A stretch of DNA of 64,000 nt, taken from contig MFNS01000007.1 in NCBI GenBank assembly GCA_001783805.1, forward strand, positions 1,594 to 65,593. Direction: 5' to 3'. The notes under the pieces were generated by a model. That model saw only the letters and a program-made list of their open reading frames with translations. It did no database searches and was not told the origin of the DNA. This stretch comes from Candidatus Levybacteria bacterium RIFCSPHIGHO2_01_FULL_40_16. Its GTDB lineage: Bacteria; Patescibacteriota; Microgenomatia; Levybacterales; UBA12049. The position numbers were made by a program, and so were the translations under genes. Positions 49,942-59,700 of the stretch are shown here, piece by piece (the stretch's first letter is position 1; every line of letters starts with the position of its first letter).

Positions 49942-50866
49942 TACTTTGCGATTGCTACGGCCAAGGCAGTGGATAAAAAACACGGCTATCTTTGCCGCAA
50001 TAACATTTTCCGGCAGTCTATTTGAATGGCAAATCCTTAACAAAGTAATTCTTGCATTTATAGTATTCTGCAGTCTTTCTTCCGCAAGCTACATCATCAA
50101 TGATATTTTCGACATACAAAAAGATAGGCTCCATCCGTTTAAAAGATTTAGACCCCTGGCCAACAAAACTTTGTCGGTAAATTACGCTTTGGGAGTTGCA
50201 TTTGCCCTCATAATCTTTTCTCTTTTTCTGGGATCTTTAGTTAGTCCGGCATTTCTCGTATTGGGCGTAATCTATCTAGCCATTCAGTTTTTCTATTCCA
50301 CAATCTTAAAACCAATTGCGATTATTGATATTTTAGCCATTGCTTTGGGATATATTCTTAGAGTTTATGCGGGAGAATTGGCCGGAGGTATTCATATTTC
50401 CGTCTGGCTTTTATTAACAACCATTTCTTTATCGCTTTTTCTGGCAGTTGGAAAAAGAAGATCGGAATTAACCCTTGTCTCTCAAAATAAATCTGTAAAT
50501 ATTTCCGACGTCAGAAAAACTTTATCTCATTATTCCGAAAGACTGCTAGATGTTTATGCTTCGATTTTCGCAACTTCTACCTTTGTATCCTATACTCTTT
50601 TTACTTTTTTGGAAAACCCGCGCGGATTTAATCTTGGACTAAGCCTTCTTCTGCCGGATTTTTTGCCTGCCTTTTTTCAAAGGAAATGGTTAATGATAAC
50701 TATCATTCCTGTCGTTTATGGCCTCATGCGTTACCTGCAGGATATTTATGAGAAGCATGAAGGAGAAAGCCCCGAAAGAGTATTGACCTCTGACAAGCCT
50801 TTGCTGGCAGCAGTAATTTCCTGGATTTTTCTATTAATTCTTATTATCTATGCGATCGGTCCCTAA
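49922..50866 (+). CDS. UbiA family prenyltransferase (decaprenyl-phosphate phosphoribosyltransferase-like)
   Basis: RPRQWIKN, YIINDIFD...DRLHPFKRFRPLA, KRRSEL. Confidence 0.88.
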   Translation: MIKTAYNTLRLLRPRQWIKNTAIFAAITFSGSLFEWQILNKVILAFIVFCSLSSASYIINDIFDIQKDRLHPFKRFRPLANKTLSVNYALGVAFALIIFSLFLGSLVSPAFLVLGVIYLAIQFFYSTILKPIAIIDILAIALGYILRVYAGELAGGIHISVWLLLTTISLSLFLAVGKRRSELTLVSQNKSVNISDVRKTLSHYSERLLDVYASIFATSTFVSYTLFTFLENPRGFNLGLSLLLPDFLPAFFQRKWLMITIIPVVYGLMRYLQDIYEKHEGESPERVLTSDKPLLAAVISWIFLLILIIYAIGP

Positions 50867-50868
50867 CG

Positions 50869-51558
50869 TTAAGCTTCGCCTTTATTCCCATGATAAAAAT
50901 CATACGCGATTCCCGCAAGGCAACTCCAAGAAAAATACCAGAGTAATTCTGTAACTGGAATGTTGCCAATAATCTTTATTCCAAAAGCTGTATTAGCTAG
51001 CAACCAATATTTATCCCAATAACCTGGGGATATAAAGTTAAAAAGCAAGATATAAATTGGAATAATTACTGAAAGAGATAATATACCAGACATTATAGAT
51101 TGCATCACCAAATCTTTTCTTATAAAAACCATCATAAAGGAGAGTATAAGAAATACAAAAGAACTAACAAAAATTGAATTAATCTTCAATAAATTATTAA
51201 ATAATAACAGCGAAAGAATGCCAATGACAAAGAAAACAAAAAAAATAATTCTGTGTCCTTTTTCATGTTTACTACCTTCCTTTTTAAAAAGAACTTTATA
51301 GATGGTCGCTGCTATTCCAGTAAATGCAAAACCAAATAAAAAATCTTCCAGGAAGATTTTTGCATCACCAAATAAAAGTGGAGGGCGCCAATAATCTTTA
51401 AAGTACCAAAATTCAGCAATTAGGCCAGCTAACCCGCCTACAACACTTGCTTTAATTAATATTCTTCTTACTTCCTTTTTTAAAAACAAAAAAAATACTG
51501 ACCAAATTAACAATAGGAGAATTGATAGCAGTAAATAAATATATTTATCCACAACCAT
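50869..51558 (-). CDS. lycopene cyclase domain-containing membrane protein
   Basis: Two internal repeats ending LEDFLFGF and PVTELLWYF, DYW.P. Confidence 0.6.
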   Translation of the reverse strand: MVVDKYIYLLLSILLLLIWSVFFLFLKKEVRRILIKASVVGGLAGLIAEFWYFKDYWRPPLLFGDAKIFLEDFLFGFAFTGIAATIYKVLFKKEGSKHEKGHRIIFFVFFVIGILSLLLFNNLLKINSIFVSSFVFLILSFMMVFIRKDLVMQSIMSGILSLSVIIPIYILLFNFISPGYWDKYWLLANTAFGIKIIGNIPVTELLWYFSWSCLAGIAYDFYHGNKGEA

Positions 51559-52391
51559 TATTGTTTGATTGCATATTGAGCGCTAATCCAGCCTGTTTTT
51601 TCATCGGTAAGCTTTATTTCGAACCACCCCACTTTTTCGGAAATTAATTCATAACTTTCTCCGGGTTTTATTTGACCTATCTCGGCAGAGTTAATTGAAC
51701 TATTTTCTCTGACCCTTAGAAACCCTGTCGGTGTGTCCAAAATTAAAACTTTAGAAACCGTAACAGATGAAGATAATGTTGCTGTTGGAGAAGCAACAAG
51801 CGGATTAGATAAATCAGCATTAACTCCCAAAAAAATCAGGGAGCTAAGTCGAAATCCTAAAGCAGTTTTAATTCTTATTGACTTATCTTTATATCCGTCC
51901 CTGGTGAGCCTTAAATCGTGATCGGATTCGCTGACTTGTTTCAAAAGTAAAGGTGTTACCCCAACCGGATTACTGTCCAAAAAAACATTGGCTTTGTCAG
52001 GTAAAGAAATTATCATTACCTCAACGTCTTTTTTATTTTCCAAAGGCGATAAACTTATAATACTCCCATCGCTCTCGCCATTATCAGCGAATGCTCTATC
52101 AACAGCCGTCAAAGTCGACTTATTGATAGTAATCTTTATCTCATATGGTCTGAAGCTCCCGTCAGGAACTAATTTGATAGTATAATCTCCAACAGCTAAC
52201 ATCTGTGCTAAATCACAAGCACAAAATGGGGTAGTTCCTACTAATTTATTTTCCAAATAAACTCTGCTTTTGGGACTGGATGTCACTTGGAGCGCGCCTT
52301 TTCCGGACTGTCTGTCAAGAAAAAATAAAATACCAAAGAAAATTACAACCGCAATTAAAAGGGGCGCCAAAAACGACAAAATTTTCTTCAT
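51558..52391 (-). CDS. PEGA domain and SH3 domain protein
   Basis: LQVTSSPKSRVYL...GTTP (two PEGA repeats); GFLRVRE...GWFEI...GWISAQY (SH3b). Confidence 0.85.
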   Translation of the reverse strand: MKKILSFLAPLLIAVVIFFGILFFLDRQSGKGALQVTSSPKSRVYLENKLVGTTPFCACDLAQMLAVGDYTIKLVPDGSFRPYEIKITINKSTLTAVDRAFADNGESDGSIISLSPLENKKDVEVMIISLPDKANVFLDSNPVGVTPLLLKQVSESDHDLRLTRDGYKDKSIRIKTALGFRLSSLIFLGVNADLSNPLVASPTATLSSSVTVSKVLILDTPTGFLRVRENSSINSAEIGQIKPGESYELISEKVGWFEIKLTDEKTGWISAQYAIKQ

Positions 52392-52498
52392 AAAACTTTT
52401 GTAAAAACAATTATAGCAGAAGGGATGCTAAAATCTGAATTGGTTTTAATGTTTTAAAACATTAAAGTATATTTAGTTAGTGATATAATTTATTAATA

Positions 52499-52831
52499 AT
52501 GATCACTTATGGTGATTTTGAAAAAGTAGACATCCGAGTTGGAAAGATTATCAGAGTTGAGGATTTTCCGGAGGCTCGAAAACCTGCATATAAATTGACT
52601 ATCGATTTTGGCCCGGAAATTGGCATTAAAAAATCCAGCGTTCAAATTGTTGATTTATATAAAAAAGAGGATTTAAAAGGATTATTAATTCTTGGAGTTG
52701 TAAATTTTCCTCCAAAACAAATCGGTCCTTTTATATCTGAGGTTTTAACAGTAGGAGTTGCAAACGAGGAAGGACAAGTCGTCTTAGTCCGCCCCGACAA
52801 AACCGCCGTCCTCGGCTCCAAATTATTCTAA
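52499..52831 (+). CDS. tRNA-binding protein / CsaA family
   Basis: DIRVGKI...ARKPAYKL.IDFG, VNFPPKQIG.F.SEVL. Confidence 0.9.
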   Translation: MITYGDFEKVDIRVGKIIRVEDFPEARKPAYKLTIDFGPEIGIKKSSVQIVDLYKKEDLKGLLILGVVNFPPKQIGPFISEVLTVGVANEEGQVVLVRPDKTAVLGSKLF

Positions 52832-53203
52832 TATATTTTTGAGTTTTTCTAAAATCTCTAAAGTAAAAGGTTCATTTAATTTTCCTTTACTTACCCATTC
52901 AAAGTACTCTAGCTCTGTAGATTTACCATTTAATACTTTTAAGGTATATCTAACATGATAATTATTATCCTTAGAAATCATCTCAAACATTTTATTTTTA
53001 TCGAATGAGGTTATTAAATATTCTGACCAGACACCGTTGCGATTTACATTTCTATATATGGTCCCTAATTTAGGTAGCTTTTCGTTCGCTTCTTCTTTAA
53101 TTATGGAATCTATCCAAAGAGGAGTATTTTTGGGATTTAATACAAATAAAAAAACTTTATTAACTGGCCTGTTAATTTGAATCACGAGTTTATTTTGTTT
53201 CAT
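52823..53203 (-). CDS. SRPBCC family protein
   Basis: IQINRPV.KVF.FV.NP.N.P.W; TGATATAAT 7 nt before ATG. Confidence 0.75.
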   Translation of the reverse strand: MKQNKLVIQINRPVNKVFLFVLNPKNTPLWIDSIIKEEANEKLPKLGTIYRNVNRNGVWSEYLITSFDKNKMFEMISKDNNYHVRYTLKVLNGKSTELEYFEWVSKGKLNEPFTLEILEKLKNILE

Positions 53204-53228
53204 TGACAAGATTATATCAGAAGATATA

Positions 53229-53248
53229 AAAAATCCCCTCTCGGGGAA
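53229..53248 (-). terminator. putative intrinsic terminator after groL
   Basis: tcccc-tctc-gggga hairpin followed by a T run on the minus strand. Confidence 0.55.
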
Positions 53249-53281
53249 TTGTAAATTGTTAAATGTCAATTGTTAATTGTT

Positions 53282-54931
53282 TTAGTAGTCCATGCCGCCC
53301 ATGCCGCCCGGAGGCATTCCACCCGGCATTGCGTCTTTCTTCTCCGGCAAATCCGTAACTAAAGCTTCTGTAGTTAAAATCATCATCCCTACACTGGCTG
53401 CATTTTGAACTGCCGTTCTAACGACTTTCATGGGATCGATTATACCTTGCTCTATCATATTCACGGCTTCTTGATTTATCCCCATAACGTTTATTCCCAT
53501 ACCATGCGCATTTGAGCTTCGTATTTTCTCTATCATTGCTTCTCCATTGTATCCGGAATTTTCCATCAACGTCTTGAAAGGTTTCTCCAGGGCTGCTTTT
53601 ATAATCATTAATCCGGTTAATTCATCATCTCCAGCCTTAGCGTTTTCTAAATGTTTATTATTTATTTCTTGTGCTACTTCTAACAAGGTAATTTCGCCTC
53701 CTGGCACTATTCCTTCTTCTAAGGCCGCTTTTGTAGCTGCGACCGCATCAATAACTCTTTCTTTTTTATCCTTAAGTTCAACCTCTGTTGCAGCCCCAAC
53801 ATTTATAACAGCAACGCCGCCGGAAAGTTTTGCTAAGCGCTCCTGTAGCTTTTCCTTATCAAAATCCGAAGTTGAAGCTTCAATTGTTTTTCTTATTTGA
53901 ACAATTCTTGAAGCTATTTTTGTCTTAACTCCCTTTCCTCCAATTATTCTTGAGTTCTCCTTATCCGCCCATACTTTATCCGCGCGTCCGCAATCTTCAA
54001 TGGTAACAGAGTCAAATTTTCGTCCGGTATCCTCCGAAATTACAGTTCCGCCTGTTAAAATTGCAATATCTTCTAACATTTCTTTTCTTCGGTCTCCAAA
54101 TCCGGGTGCTTTAACTGCTAACGTATTAAACGTTCCTCTTAATTTGTTTACTACCAAAGTCGCTAAGGCTTCTCCATCTATTTCATCTGCGATAATGACT
54201 AAATTTTTGGAGACTTTGACTAAATTTTCCAGGAAAGGTAGAAGTTCGTTAAGAGCGGAGATTTTTTTATCGGTAATTAAGATATAAGGATCTTCAATTT
54301 CCGCTTCCATTTTGTCCGAATTGGTAACGAAATATGCCGACGCATAGCCCTTGTCAAATTCCATTCCTTCTTTGTAGTCTATTTCCGTTGAAAGACCTTT
54401 GCCTTCTTCAACTGTAACAACTCCATCTTTTCCAACTTTTTCTAATGCTTCTGCTATCTTCTTGCCAATCTCTGAATCACCTGCCGCAATCGTAGCAACC
54501 TTAGTAATGTCTCCCTTTTTGACTTCCTTTTTAACTTCTTGTAAATAATCAACAACAATTTTGACTCCACGCTCAATTCCTTTTTTTATAATCATTGGAT
54601 TTGCTCCTGCCGTTATCTGTTTTATTCCCTCTTCAACTATTGCTTGAGCTAAAATTGTTGCTGTAGTGGTACCGTCTCCCGCCACGTCAGCGGTTTTGGA
54701 TGCAGCTTCTTTCACCATTTGTGCTCCCATGTTTTCAAACTCATCTTTAAGCTCTATTTCCTTAGCAACTGTTACCCCATCGTGGACAACAGATGGGGCT
54801 CCCCATTTTCTATCAAGAGCTACATTTCTCCCTTTAGGACCAAGCGTTGTTGCAACTGCTCTTGTCAATTGATCTACTCCTGATTTTAATTTTATTCTTG
54901 CTTCCTCGCTGTAAATTATTTTTTTTGCCAT
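53282..54931 (-). CDS. groL: chaperonin GroEL
   Basis: [21 protein letters not shown] tail. Confidence 0.98.
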   Translation of the reverse strand: MAKKIIYSEEARIKLKSGVDQLTRAVATTLGPKGRNVALDRKWGAPSVVHDGVTVAKEIELKDEFENMGAQMVKEAASKTADVAGDGTTTATILAQAIVEEGIKQITAGANPMIIKKGIERGVKIVVDYLQEVKKEVKKGDITKVATIAAGDSEIGKKIAEALEKVGKDGVVTVEEGKGLSTEIDYKEGMEFDKGYASAYFVTNSDKMEAEIEDPYILITDKKISALNELLPFLENLVKVSKNLVIIADEIDGEALATLVVNKLRGTFNTLAVKAPGFGDRRKEMLEDIAILTGGTVISEDTGRKFDSVTIEDCGRADKVWADKENSRIIGGKGVKTKIASRIVQIRKTIEASTSDFDKEKLQERLAKLSGGVAVINVGAATEVELKDKKERVIDAVAATKAALEEGIVPGGEITLLEVAQEINNKHLENAKAGDDELTGLMIIKAALEKPFKTLMENSGYNGEAMIEKIRSSNAHGMGINVMGINQEAVNMIEQGIIDPMKVVRTAVQNAASVGMMILTTEALVTDLPEKKDAMPGGMPPGGMGGMDY

Positions 54932-54935
54932 AGAT

Positions 54936-55232
54936 TTATAAAATTATTGCCAAGATATCGTCCTGGCTAACCATTGTCCATTCTTCCGGACCAACCTTGA
55001 CTTCGGATCCTCCCCATTTTTTGTACATGACTTTTTGTCCGACTCTCACCACAACCGGCTGTTTTTCTCCCTTGACGACTTTTCCATCTCCGACTGCCAT
55101 AACTAGCCCGATTTGGGGTTTTTCTTTTGCACTATCCGGCAGAATGATTCCGCTGGCGGTTTTAGCTTCCGCTTCCAGAGGTTTGATAAGCACATTGTCA
55201 AACAGTGGTTTTATATTTAATCTCTTTGCCAT
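54936..55232 (-). CDS. groS: co-chaperonin GroES
   Basis: [25 protein letters not shown]. Confidence 0.97.
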   Translation of the reverse strand: MAKRLNIKPLFDNVLIKPLEAEAKTASGIILPDSAKEKPQIGLVMAVGDGKVVKGEKQPVVVRVGQKVMYKKWGGSEVKVGPEEWTMVSQDDILAIIL

Positions 55233-55400
55233 AAGTAACTGACAGAATATACAACAAAATTAAAAAACTGTCAAGAGTTAGTCCGCGGAGTTGACATGTT
55301 CTCCTTTTCTCTATACGATAAATCCAGCACCCTTTATTAAAATTTAAATCATAAAGCTATGTAAGCTTTTAGAGGTGCTGGATAAATTCTAGGGATAAGT

Positions 55401-56516
55401 ATGTCCATCTTTTCATCATACAAAAAAATATTCTTATTAGGTTTTATCATCGTAATCCTTATTGCAATTCCATTCTCCGTATATCTTGCCCAAAAACGCC
55501 AGCAAACAACTACCAAAGCAGCTGCTTCTACTGTTCTTTCCTTTGAACCGGCTTTGGCAACAACAAAAGTAGGTGACATTTTGGTCTTAAATATCATGCT
55601 GGATCCGGGCGTTGGCACATCTGCAAATCAAGTTTCTTTCGTAAAATTATCGATTAACTTTGACCCAGCAAAATTTACAACGTTACCCACAGATAGTCTT
55701 AAGCCAAGTCCGGAATCTTCAAATACATTAACTACTATACTTGACGGTCCCACATATGATAATGCAGCCGGAAAAGCTACTCTGTCCTTATCTATCGGAG
55801 CAGATCCGACCAAAGCCGTGACAACAAAAACTAAAATCGCAATACTTCAACTTAAAGCGACTAACTCAACCACCCCCACTACTCCAAACATAACTTTTGA
55901 TTCCGCTCCCAACACGCAAGTCCTGTCAATTGCCTCTTCAGACCAGACAAGCGAAAACGTACTATCAACAACCATTCCTGCAAAAGTAACTGTTACTTCC
56001 ACAGCAGTAACTATCACGCCAACCTCTATCCCCGTTACTTCTGCTCCCGGCTCCCCAGGATTACCGCCGCCGTCATCTTCGTCGCTGACTCCTGTTTGCT
56101 CAATTCTGGGAGTTAACGGCTTAACCAACGGAACTGCTCCATATCCTCTCACTTTCACGGCAACGGGAAGCGACTCGGACGGCACTATTACCAAAATTTC
56201 TTTCAATTTTGGGGACTCAATTGAAGATTTAACCACGGGAGGCGGAATAGGAACGAGCTCTGTAAGCGGACAGCTGCTTCACACCTATAAAACTCCCGGA
56301 ATTTATACTGCCTACGCAATTTTAACCGATAATACCAACAATTTAAGCGTTCAGCAACCCAGCTGCACTAAAACGATTACAATTACAGGACTGCAGACTA
56401 GCCCAACTATAATTACTCAGCCGCTTCCTCCACCCGGAAACGGAAAGATTATCTTTGGTCTTGGAGCGATAGGAATTATCTTTACAATTATCGGTAGTGC
56501 CCTGCTACGTCTCTAA
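55401..56516 (+). CDS. surface protein with cohesin-like and PKD domains
   Basis: N-terminal TM; beta-sandwich with I.FDP; S/T/P linker; GSDSDGTI....FNFGD...HTY..PG.Y; LPPPG plus C-terminal TM (possible sortase signal). Confidence 0.7.
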   Translation: MSIFSSYKKIFLLGFIIVILIAIPFSVYLAQKRQQTTTKAAASTVLSFEPALATTKVGDILVLNIMLDPGVGTSANQVSFVKLSINFDPAKFTTLPTDSLKPSPESSNTLTTILDGPTYDNAAGKATLSLSIGADPTKAVTTKTKIAILQLKATNSTTPTTPNITFDSAPNTQVLSIASSDQTSENVLSTTIPAKVTVTSTAVTITPTSIPVTSAPGSPGLPPPSSSSLTPVCSILGVNGLTNGTAPYPLTFTATGSDSDGTITKISFNFGDSIEDLTTGGGIGTSSVSGQLLHTYKTPGIYTAYAILTDNTNNLSVQQPSCTKTITITGLQTSPTIITQPLPPPGNGKIIFGLGAIGIIFTIIGSALLRL

Positions 56517-58261
56517 TTGCCCTCTTCAATCATAGATAGAAGCGCTTCTTGAGGAATTGATATTTTTGCCTGGGAAATCATGCGGGATTTTCCTTTTTTC
56601 TGTGCTTCCAGTAGCTTATCTTTCCTTCTCCTGTCTCCTCCTGACATCTTGGCTAAAACATCTTTTCTAAAAGGCGGAATTTCTTCACGGGCTACAATCT
56701 CCCCATCTACAACTCCTTGAATAATTTGTCTGAATTGCTGTCTTGACAAAGAGTCTTTAAGTCTGGCGGCTTTTTTTTTCGCTTCACTTATTGCCTCATC
56801 TTTGTAAGCCAATTCCGATAAAACGTCAATTCCGATATCATTCACTTTTATTTCTACCTTTGCCAAATCCGCTTCTTTATAAGATGTAACTTCGTAATCC
56901 AGGCTCGCAAACCCTTCCGATGCCGATTTCAAATCCGAGGAAATTCCTCTAATAAACATGCTGTAGGGCATATCGTAGGATAGGACCGCATAACTTTCAT
57001 GGTAACTTAGATCCAATAAGCTTCCTTTCCGACTCTGGCAGATATTCATAATCGGTCCTACATAATTTTTCGGACTATAAACTATCAGTGTCATGTAGGG
57101 CTCAAATATTGTCCCATCTTCTTTTTTATCATATAGAACCTGGGGCATTGTCAGCAAAATTTCCAAATTAAATTCTTGTTTTATTCTTTCTTTAACAATC
57201 TGCGCGTGCAAAAGTCCCAAGAAACCTATTCTAAATCCGCTTCCCAAATACGATGAGTATTCTTCCGTGTAAGTTAGGGCCGTATCATTTAAAGTTAGTT
57301 TCGCCAGAGATTCTTTTAGATAAATATAATCTGATGTAGCTTTTGGATAAACCCCGAAAAATACCATTGGTTTTGGAATCTTATATCCAGGCAATGCTTG
57401 AAAATTGTTACTTGTTAATTGTAAATTGTTAATGGTTATCGTATCTCCAACACGCACTTTTCGGATATCCTTAATTCCCGTAATAATATAACCAATTTCT
57501 CCTGTTGCAAGGCTACTCGCAGAGACTAGGTGTGGAGAAAAATATCCGAGGTCCGTAATTTCTGACTCAAGATTATTCTGATAAAATTTAATTTTTTCTC
57601 CTTTTGAAACTTGTCCATCAACAATCCTGACGTAGGCAACTACTCCGCGGAATTCGTCGTATACAGCATCAAAAATTAACCCTCGCAATGTTTTTTCTTT
57701 TCCCCCTTTTGGCGCAGGGAGTTTTTTAACAACAGCTTCTAAAAGTTTGTCCACGTTTCTGCCTGTTTTTGCAGAAATACAAATTATTTCCTCTTGCTTA
57801 AAGCCAAAAGTCTCAATTAGCTCTTTACTGGTTATTTCTGCTTGTGCGCTGGGCAAATCAACCTTATTAACTACGGGAATTAATACTAAATTTTGTTTTT
57901 TCGCTTCCCTAAAATGCGCCACGGTCTGAGCCTGAATTCCTTGAGTCGCATCTACTAACAATATTGCTCCCTCGCAGGCAGCCAGAGTCCGGGAAACCTC
58001 ATACGAGAAATCAACATGGCCGGGAGTGTCAATTAAATTCAGAATGTAGAATTCAGAATTAAGAATGTATTTCATGCGGACAGGAGCAAGCTTAATGGTT
58101 ATTCCTCGTCTGCGGCTGATTGGATTTTGGTCCAGAAATTGCTCCTGCATTTTATCTTTTTGGATAGTATTGGTTATTTCCAAAAGCCTGTCTGCAAGAG
58201 TAGATTTTCCATGATCAACATGAGCGATAATTGCAAAATTCCGAATATTACCCTGAATCAT
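56513..58261 (-). CDS. lepA: elongation factor 4
   Basis: IRNFAIIAHVDHGKSTLADR, GFRIGFLGLLH, RKDVLAK..GGD..RK.KLLE.QKKGK. Confidence 0.96.
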   Translation of the reverse strand: MIQGNIRNFAIIAHVDHGKSTLADRLLEITNTIQKDKMQEQFLDQNPISRRRGITIKLAPVRMKYILNSEFYILNLIDTPGHVDFSYEVSRTLAACEGAILLVDATQGIQAQTVAHFREAKKQNLVLIPVVNKVDLPSAQAEITSKELIETFGFKQEEIICISAKTGRNVDKLLEAVVKKLPAPKGGKEKTLRGLIFDAVYDEFRGVVAYVRIVDGQVSKGEKIKFYQNNLESEITDLGYFSPHLVSASSLATGEIGYIITGIKDIRKVRVGDTITINNLQLTSNNFQALPGYKIPKPMVFFGVYPKATSDYIYLKESLAKLTLNDTALTYTEEYSSYLGSGFRIGFLGLLHAQIVKERIKQEFNLEILLTMPQVLYDKKEDGTIFEPYMTLIVYSPKNYVGPIMNICQSRKGSLLDLSYHESYAVLSYDMPYSMFIRGISSDLKSASEGFASLDYEVTSYKEADLAKVEIKVNDIGIDVLSELAYKDEAISEAKKKAARLKDSLSRQQFRQIIQGVVDGEIVAREEIPPFRKDVLAKMSGGDRRRKDKLLEAQKKGKSRMISQAKISIPQEALLSMIEEGN

Positions 58262-58329
58262 ATAGATGATATTATATCGGAAATCGCAGCCTAATGCGGA
58301 AAACTTTCAAAATCAAATAAGAACAGGGA

Positions 58330-59622
58330 CTAATTAGGTCTTGTAGGATTTGAGTTTTCAGCTATTATAGCTCTTGCGCAAACCTGAACCAACAAAGCTT
58401 CATTCCACAAGATATGATTATTGTTTGGGGTAAGCCCTCCTCCGCGTTGGTCTAAAAGTTCTGGAAGATAACCATGCTGGTTCTGAAGATCAATTACTTT
58501 TTTGAGACAGACTAATCCTTTCGCTTGAAATTTTTTGCCTGTGTCACGATCTCCATTATTGGATAAATTAATTGCCTTCTCCAATAGTATCTTTGCTTCA
58601 AAAAGAGCTCCCATTGTCCAGATAGCTTCTTTTCCTTCAACGCCATAATAAGTGTCTCCTATGAAACGCTTTTTCCCTGGCCATTGACCATTACCCAATT
58701 GACTATTTGATTTTATAAAATATGGCGAAAGAGAAAATCCATCTAATGCTCCTAATCCAAGAGCTACAAGCGTAGCTAAATCAGTTTCACTATGGTGTCC
58801 GAAGGGAATCGTGTGCTCTTTGGGATAATTGTCCTCAGCAAATTTCCTGGCATTGAACACTGCTCTTTTAATTGATTTCTTAGAAACTGCCGAAACAAAT
58901 GAGCTAATTTGCTCTAATCCTTTAGCAACAATTGCAACCGACGAAAGAGGGGCGGGACTATAAACAGGACATCCTTCCCACATGGAAGATTGCTCAAGCT
59001 CTGTTACTTTAATTCTTGATAGATATCCAACGATTGATTCTACTGCATCCTGCCGGCTCGTATCCAAAGAGATAAGATTCTGTTTCAAGCCTGAACCTAA
59101 GCTTATTAATAATTCTCCCCAGCAATCAGGCTGATTCTGTCTATCCCAAAAAGCTTGTCTTCCATCTGTTTCAAAATGTATTGGCGGAGCCTCCCTAGTT
59201 AGCACTCTATAGCCTAACAAGTGCCCTTCCTTATCTTTCGCTTCTTCAGATTCTTGCTCAAACGCGCTTTTCCAAGGCTCACGATTAGCCAGATCAAGCA
59301 TTTCCTTCATAAAACTCGCGGCTGACTCAATAGCCTTTCCCCCTATTTTCGATTCGGGAGGAAAAATTTTGAGGAAATACGGATCCCAAAAAGCGCCCGC
59401 AGTTATTGAGCCGTCTCTAACCCAATGACGGTGGTATGGATGGACATTGCGCTCTTTCGTTGAGGCGGGAAATAAACCCGTTACAGGGTTTTGCGCCTGC
59501 AATATGGTGGGAACGCTACTTTCGATAAGTTTTCTATAATTTTCTTGAGAAGATAACAACTCCTTACCATTCGCTGGAGATAAAGCCTGCCCTATGGGTT
59601 CTTTTTCTGTTAAAGAAACCAT
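58330..59622 (-). CDS. glycoside hydrolase family 15-like protein
   Basis: TGLFPAS, WVRDG, Q.D, SMWE, G.LPE, L.W.EA motifs of (alpha/alpha)6 GH15. Confidence 0.65.
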   Translation of the reverse strand: MVSLTEKEPIGQALSPANGKELLSSQENYRKLIESSVPTILQAQNPVTGLFPASTKERNVHPYHRHWVRDGSITAGAFWDPYFLKIFPPESKIGGKAIESAASFMKEMLDLANREPWKSAFEQESEEAKDKEGHLLGYRVLTREAPPIHFETDGRQAFWDRQNQPDCWGELLISLGSGLKQNLISLDTSRQDAVESIVGYLSRIKVTELEQSSMWEGCPVYSPAPLSSVAIVAKGLEQISSFVSAVSKKSIKRAVFNARKFAEDNYPKEHTIPFGHHSETDLATLVALGLGALDGFSLSPYFIKSNSQLGNGQWPGKKRFIGDTYYGVEGKEAIWTMGALFEAKILLEKAINLSNNGDRDTGKKFQAKGLVCLKKVIDLQNQHGYLPELLDQRGGGLTPNNNHILWNEALLVQVCARAIIAENSNPTRPN

Positions 59623-59700
59623 AAATAAAGCCTGAAAGCTTAAAAAGCTTAACCTTATTCAGACTATCCTTTATTTATTGCCTTGTCAATGTTTGGAGGA

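Noticed and set aside
58326-58345. Possible duplication of the murJ 3' end flanking the GH15-like gene
   Set aside because: Only 7 nt (ggactaa) match, which is too short to support.
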